Shown piece after piece: positions 55,163 through 64,000 of a DNA stretch of 64,000 nucleotides. The notes beneath the pieces are model-generated. The model saw nothing but the letters and a program-made list of their open reading frames with translations, had not been told where the DNA came from and did not search any database. Location of the stretch: contig JBHGNT010000001.1 in assembly GCA_043228905.1 (NCBI GenBank), forward strand, positions 5,084,001-5,148,000. The letters are read 5' to 3'. A program made the translations under genes and the position numbers. Within the stretch, counting starts at the first letter, position 1; the number at the start of each line of letters is the position of its first letter. The stretch comes from Azolla caroliniana. Its lineage: Eukaryota; Plantae; Polypodiophyta.

Positions 55163-57827
55163 TCAACTTTCCTTCAAGTTCCTGAACTTTTTGGCGTGAG
55201 AGCAAGGGATAAGATCTTCTATTACGAGCCTTACGAAAGGTGGTTGAGAACCTGTATCTATGTCTGCACCATTCATATCAATTGCATGTAGTGCTTCTTT
55301 GAAGCTTGGTATTGCTGCTGCAACAGGACCTTTTGCTGTACATACCTATTGCAATAAACATGTAAAACCAAATGGCTTTTAGAGGTAATACAAACTAGCT
55401 ACTACTCTAATCTATGGTGAGAAAGAAAAGTGCGTATTTGATGGTTTGTTTCTTTCTAGCATAAATCATGACCAATATTTGAATAAAAAAATGTCAGTAC
55501 CCAATGGTTAGTGTCCAATTGGCTGAGATAAAAGTGCCAATCTGGCTGATATACCCCATCCAGGTGTAGATGGGCAAACATGCTCCACACATTTCCACAT
55601 TTGTAAAAGAATTCTGCTCTTTGCATGTCAAATCCTAGTCCAATACCTATTGCCTTTACATATGATTCCTTCGTACACCAATACCTGGTTACAAAACAAA
55701 ATAGCCCTAACTTTCAGTTATAATATTCGAATTAATGCTATAATTCTTTTCAGTTATAACATCTGAATCAAGACTAGTTTTTTAATTAACATTCACACGT
55801 GCTTAAGTAGGAAATGTAAATATGATTTCTTTCTTTCTTTCTCTTTCATATTAGGTAGTTAAATACAATACTCCCCATAACGCTATAACACTTTACCACT
55901 GCATGTAATGTAAAAGCATATAGAAAACACTATACCATTTTCTATTTCCTCATTTTTACTGTTTTCTAGTCTCTAGGAGGAACCAAAATATGAGTAGATA
56001 CTGACATTGTAATTGATTATGTATGGGTTCATCAGGTGCAATTGAATAGTTGTTTCTTTTAAATGTAGTTTACAAGTAGAATATCCAAAAACTCAAATGG
56101 AAATCTATTAGCATGCTAAAATTTAATCCTGCATCTATTACTCTCATGTCACATATTTATTAAGAAATCACAACTGATCGGCGAAATCCAATTAAGCCAT
56201 CTGGATAAGCTTCAAATAGTAAAATTTATTGAATAATTATCCATTTTATGGTCAAATGAACCAAGATAAGGATGTAATATCAAACAGACACATTTGCCAA
56301 AATAAGAAAATATCAATGTCTATTCAAAAAACCAAAATACCTACTAAATTGGTGAAGTAGAAGTCTCTTGTCCGGGCCAACACTGTTGATATTTGTCCAT
56401 TCTCGTAGAGTAAAACAAGATCTAAAATTCTTTATATACTCCTCGGGTGCTGCTTCCTCTTCAGGATCAGCTATCATAATATCTAATCCAACAAGTGCAT
56501 GTGGTTCTGAGGCCAATGCCACAAAGTCTCCATGATGAGAAACACTAAAGTTCAAATTTGGGAAACATGAATTCTCTACAATGTTTCCCTGCACAAAAAT
56601 AACAAGTTTGCTAAACACAATAGCAATATTCATCTGCTGAACACAAGAAAATAGCCTGACATTCAACATCAAATGATAAGCTTGATGGTTTACAAATTTA
56701 ACAGTTGATCTGGACACATGCATATATAAATGAAAGAATTCATGTTATATATATGAACCAAACTAGCTCACAGATAATAAGATCAGACATATTCAGAATA
56801 AACCAAGGTTTATCAAACTCAAATTAATTTCCACAACAAGGAATCATCACCCTTAAAGCCATATTTCTCAAAAAAATGGAGAATGACCTAAACAGAAGCA
56901 GTGGTAAATGAAGAGAACCCAGATTTTCAATGGAGAAACACGACCTTGAGATTTCATTAATTATTTTCTTGTGTCCATGCATTAATTAATTTATTCATCT
57001 ATTTATTATAGCTTTAAAATTTAGATGTGACATACTTTTATAGGTACATATTGTGACACATCCCATAGAATCCATTCTTTTCCTAATGCTCTAACTGGGT
57101 TCAATTTGAGGAAATAACACCTTCCATTTTTCTATGCTTTAACAGGACTTGTGAATAGCTCCTACATAGGCTTTTTACTACTCATTTGTTGAAGGAGGCG
57201 CAAAAGTGAATGTGATTAACATCATCATTCTTTAGGATCTACTGAGAACTATGTGTAGTTTCAGCAATCTCCATCTAGGTAAAATTTATGATTGCGGTAA
57301 ACAAAAGCTTAAATATGTTGCACACCACAAATGGCTTTCCTTCAGGTGTTCGAAAGATAGAAACATCCGAGTATGAGATATCAAGCAGACTATGAATGAG
57401 CATCCGTTGCATCAGGCGACTAATTAGTGTACGTTTCTGGTCTTCACGCTTTTTGAACCTGGGAAATGCAGAGATAAGCGTCTTTTAGGAATCACCATGT
57501 GGCTTACATTATGATAGCAAGAACAAATCAAAGAAGCCCATTGACTCTACATTAACATGAATTATGAAAGGGTGTCAAAGATTTCAATATTTCTCCAGTG
57601 ATCATCCTTGTTTATCCCATTGGAAATGACCTAAAAAAGCCAAAATATTCCTGAAAAACAGAGCACAAAGAAATACTCATGCTTGCAAAGAACTGTGGCT
57701 GCACTCAATGTTCATAATATCCATGCTCTAGGATCAGAAATATCTAAAATATTGTTTTTCTGATCCACTTTTGCCTTTTTCTAGCATATTTGTTTTAGGG
57801 GTTCTCACAAGGAAAAACATTATGTTG

Positions 57828-57880
<53 letters not shown>

Positions 57881-58101
57881 ATTTCATACAACCCTGCTTA
57901 AAACACGATTTTCAAATACTAATCTTCAAGAAATATGATCATTTTCTTCAACGGGACATACCTAAAGAGGGAGATGCGAGACAAATACCTTGTGACTTGT
58001 CTCTGGTCATCGAGAGGGAGCAGCGAGATGCAGAGGGAAAGCTGCGGTGCGGAAGGTCTCCATGCTTTACAATTGAAGCACCACCTCTGCACACCGTCCA
58101 T
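55163..58101 (-). CDS. Sfp/AASDHPPT-type 4'-phosphopantetheinyl transferase
   Basis: Five exons ~57989-58101, 57328-57458, 56341-56589, 55501-55685, 55163-55345. Motifs MDGVQRW, RTPEGKP, NLNFSVSHHGDFVALASE, VGLDIM, YWCTKESYVKAIGIGLGF. Confidence 0.93.
57828..57881. repeat. (CT)n(CA)n compound microsatellite
   Basis: Direct reading. Confidence 0.95.
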
Positions 58102-59853
58102 CGTTTCACAACGATGACGACGACGACGTTTGCTGCAATAGCAGATGATAGATGTCCTCCTATTCCCAGTTCTTGGAATACAAATGATTGATAGATGGAC
58201 TGATTTATTAGGAAATCTTAGCTTAGCTTTAAAGCTTCATCTTATGAATAAGATAAAGCTGAGAAATCAAATTTTTGTAAGCTCGGAACGGACCATTAAT
58301 AAACACTCTCTTGTTTGTCGAAACTCCACATATGTTCGGGCTGAGGCTAGGTAAGCAAGTACTAGGGTTCCTCCTAAGAAATGTCTTGGAAGTAAGGAAT
58401 CTATCCTTTTCCAATCTATAGATAGATTGACCCAGGGGACACTATTTTCATGGTTAGAGTGGTCTATCTCGCCCACGATTCTTGAATGGTCGAAGAGGTT
58501 CCACTACTCAATGAAGTCTTTTTATGTTGATTCCTATGCATTCTGTGAAATAATCATGTGTAGCGTAATATTTCATAGGCTCAACCTTTCATTGGTTACT
58601 ATGACCTATTAATATGTATTGTTGTAGCACTCAAGGCAATGCAATTTGTGTGAACATAACCATTCTTGAGGAAGACTTAGCCACTAGTTTAGGTGGGAAA
58701 TTTTATAATCACTAACTATTTAGGCACCCAACCTACAAGTACAATTTTCTACTGAGTGAGATACATCCCTTGTGCACTTGGGCAAAGTGCAACATAAATG
58801 AATTCATAAAATGCTTCTTCTAATTCCCCTTAGCCTACTAGGGTGATTTTGAACTTAAACAAAAGACGTTATCCATGTTCATAACAAGAGTGGTAGGTGC
58901 CAAACAATATTTACACATTACCACTTCATTCTTTTTCTCTAGTTTTTAATATCAAGGATAAGACCACCCAAAATATATTAGGCTCAATATTTGCAAGCAT
59001 TTTTCTAAGGGAGTTTTCATTAGGCAAATGCCTCACCATGTTTCTTGTCTATGTAGTTCCCCTTAGATGTGACAACTAACAAGGCACACTATAGGGAGGC
59101 AAAGAGTGCTACATGTATTATCAAGAACCATTGACCCTCCTAATATACATAACTGAGGCTTATTATCCACCTCAAAGCAAGGATACTTAAAATCTCTTCA
59201 ACACTGTCCTTTGAGAATGACATTGAACTCTTAAAGGATGACCCACTGTCCCAATGAGACTGCTATCATACAGAAAATAATGACTAAACATTTTTATCTG
59301 CTTCTGTAGAATCCTCCACCTCGTATCACTAGAGAACATCCCATTTAAATGGGCAAAAAGAGAAACACCTCATATCTCTATCAATATGGAAGAAAGACCA
59401 TCAAATGAACCTCTTTAAAGGGATTATGGAGGAGCTTAAATACTGGAGCACAAAGAGATGGAGATCAGATGTATTAAGCCCAGAAAGAAGGTCAATGGGT
59501 GATTCACCGTGGACATTAATTCATCATTCAAACATTATAATATCCAAGATTCCATTCACATTCAAAATCACAGCAATGAACACTCGTATTTTAAAAACTC
59601 TACAAAAGTTAAAATTTTAATTAACAAATCAGATAATAGTGAAACCTTCTATAAATGAATCTGACAAACAAAAAAGGTCTCTGACAATATAATATAGTAT
59701 ATTATATTGTAGCTTTGCTTTCCAAATGGAAAATAACAATGGCAAAGACCCAAGGTACAAAAACTCTTGCCATCACCTCTCATTAGTTTCTCTCCCCCTT
59801 CCCCACAAAAAACTGAATAGAGAACATTGATCGTCTTTTTCTCTGCAAATTAC

Positions 59854-62568
<2,715 letters not shown>

Positions 62569-63432
62569 TCTATACATTGACCATTGACATTTAGCTCATC
62601 AGAACTCAAGAAAAACTAATTTTGAATCAAGGGAAGTTCATTTAATCCCAAAATTGGTGTTTTGAAATACCTCATTGTTATTGACAAGACAATTTTACTA
62701 AATATGATTCATAAGAAATGCTCCAAAACTATATATAACTTTGGTTGGGTCTTTTTCCTTTCAAAACTAAAGGTTAATTCAAAAACCTCCCAAAATATAA
62801 ATTCAAAATTTTGAAAGAATTAAATCAAATAATCACAAAAGAGAGCTGAAAGCTCAAAGAACTAACATACATGCATAGGAAAACGTCATTAATCACTCTC
62901 CAACACGTTCACTCTACACCTCATTAATCTCATTGCTTCTTGGATATTTTGTCACTCTTCAAATTGACGTTGTCCCTAAATTCCGAAGTGAAACTTCAGC
63001 AATATGTTTTCCTCATTTTTCTTCTTTCTCTCTTCTTCCTCTCGTCTCTCTTTCTGTTTCAAGTTTAACAGTGACTCTCAAAACCCCCACCCCGCCAAAA
63101 AACAAAACTAGCGTTAACAACACGATTTTTCCTTCATCTTTTGGTCTTTCATCGCCTAAGCCTTCTTCTTTCACTTTTCATTTTCTCTATTTCGTCACCG
63201 AGCTTTTATCCCCTTTTTTCCCGCATTGCTTTTCACTGCCTTTCTCTGGTAATTACTTTCTCTCACTGTTATTTAAACTGTGTTACTTAAACACTAAAAC
63301 CCCAATAGTATCGAAACAACATAGATAAGTAGTGTTACCTGAGGAATTGTGAGGAATTGTTGTTGCTGCTGCTGCTGCTGCGTGGAAGCAGAGAAGAGGA
63401 GGAGGAGGAAGAGGAAGAAGTAGAGGAGTTTG

Positions 63433-63525
63433 CTAGTTGAATAGCTGCGTCCGAAACCCTAAAAAAGGACAGAGTCTGCCGCGAAGCAGAGGAGAAAGCT
63501 TATGAGCAAACATGAGTAAGGCCAT
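63433..63525 (-). other. Upstream ORF (30 aa) in the putative first exon of PRMT1, overlapping a telo-box (AAACCCTA)
   Basis: MALLMFAHKLSPLLRGRLCPFLGFRTQLFN*; strong donor CAG|GTAAC at 63339; AAACCCTAA at ~63454-63462. Confidence 0.5.
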
Positions 63526-64000
63526 TGCAAAAGAGGAAACGAAACCCACACACTCTCCCTCTCTCTTTCTCTCTTCTTCCGAAGAATTATTTATGGAGAT
63601 ATTTATTCTATATGTTTTGTGTTGTCGCAAAATCTGACCTAATCAGATGGCCCAAATCAATTCCACTTAATAATAGAGAGTTTACCAAATTAACTGAAAT
63701 TCCCATCGATTGCCTCCTTACTTAATTCAAAAACCCACGGACACCCGGCTTCTCCTCTACCCTCCAAGAATTACTACCATTTGTTCACAACTGCCCATCC
63801 TTCTTATGTTCCCTCGCATCGAGTTTATTGTACGAGATCCACATCCGCCCCTACAAGTGCCATGTCCCTGGATAAATGAATGAAGGTGCTGAGAAAATGT
63901 TGTCCCACATACTGCGAAATCACCAATGGAACTTATGCCGCCAGTGCCATGATAACTACAAAACAGAAAATGTTGTGTGTGTGCTTCTTTATTGCTAAAA

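Overview
AT-rich eukaryotic nuclear DNA from a land plant. Intron-rich genes, a PRONE-domain RopGEF and a T-x-M MAPK-like kinase suggest a non-flowering plant such as a fern (inference). Six spliced genes can be rebuilt by hand: an atypical MAPK-like kinase (-), PrmA/L11 methyltransferase (-), RopGEF (+), AGD14-like ArfGAP (-), Sfp-type 4'-phosphopantetheinyl transferase (-) and type I PRMT1 (-). The first 12.5 kb holds decayed transposons (solo LTR, hAT, L1, RTE, Ty1/copia remnants) and a decayed partial copy of the kinase's last exon. Two hAT MITEs have perfect 8-bp TSDs. Best leads: (1) the kinase has T-K-M instead of TxY, VVTPCYRAPE and no CD motif; (2) a transit-peptide-like upstream frame reaches PRMT1 only via a -1 shift at T_TTT_TTA_GGG; (3) a similar 1-nt-offset presequence precedes the PPTase. 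Exon coordinates were read manually and may be off by a few nt. No database searches were run.
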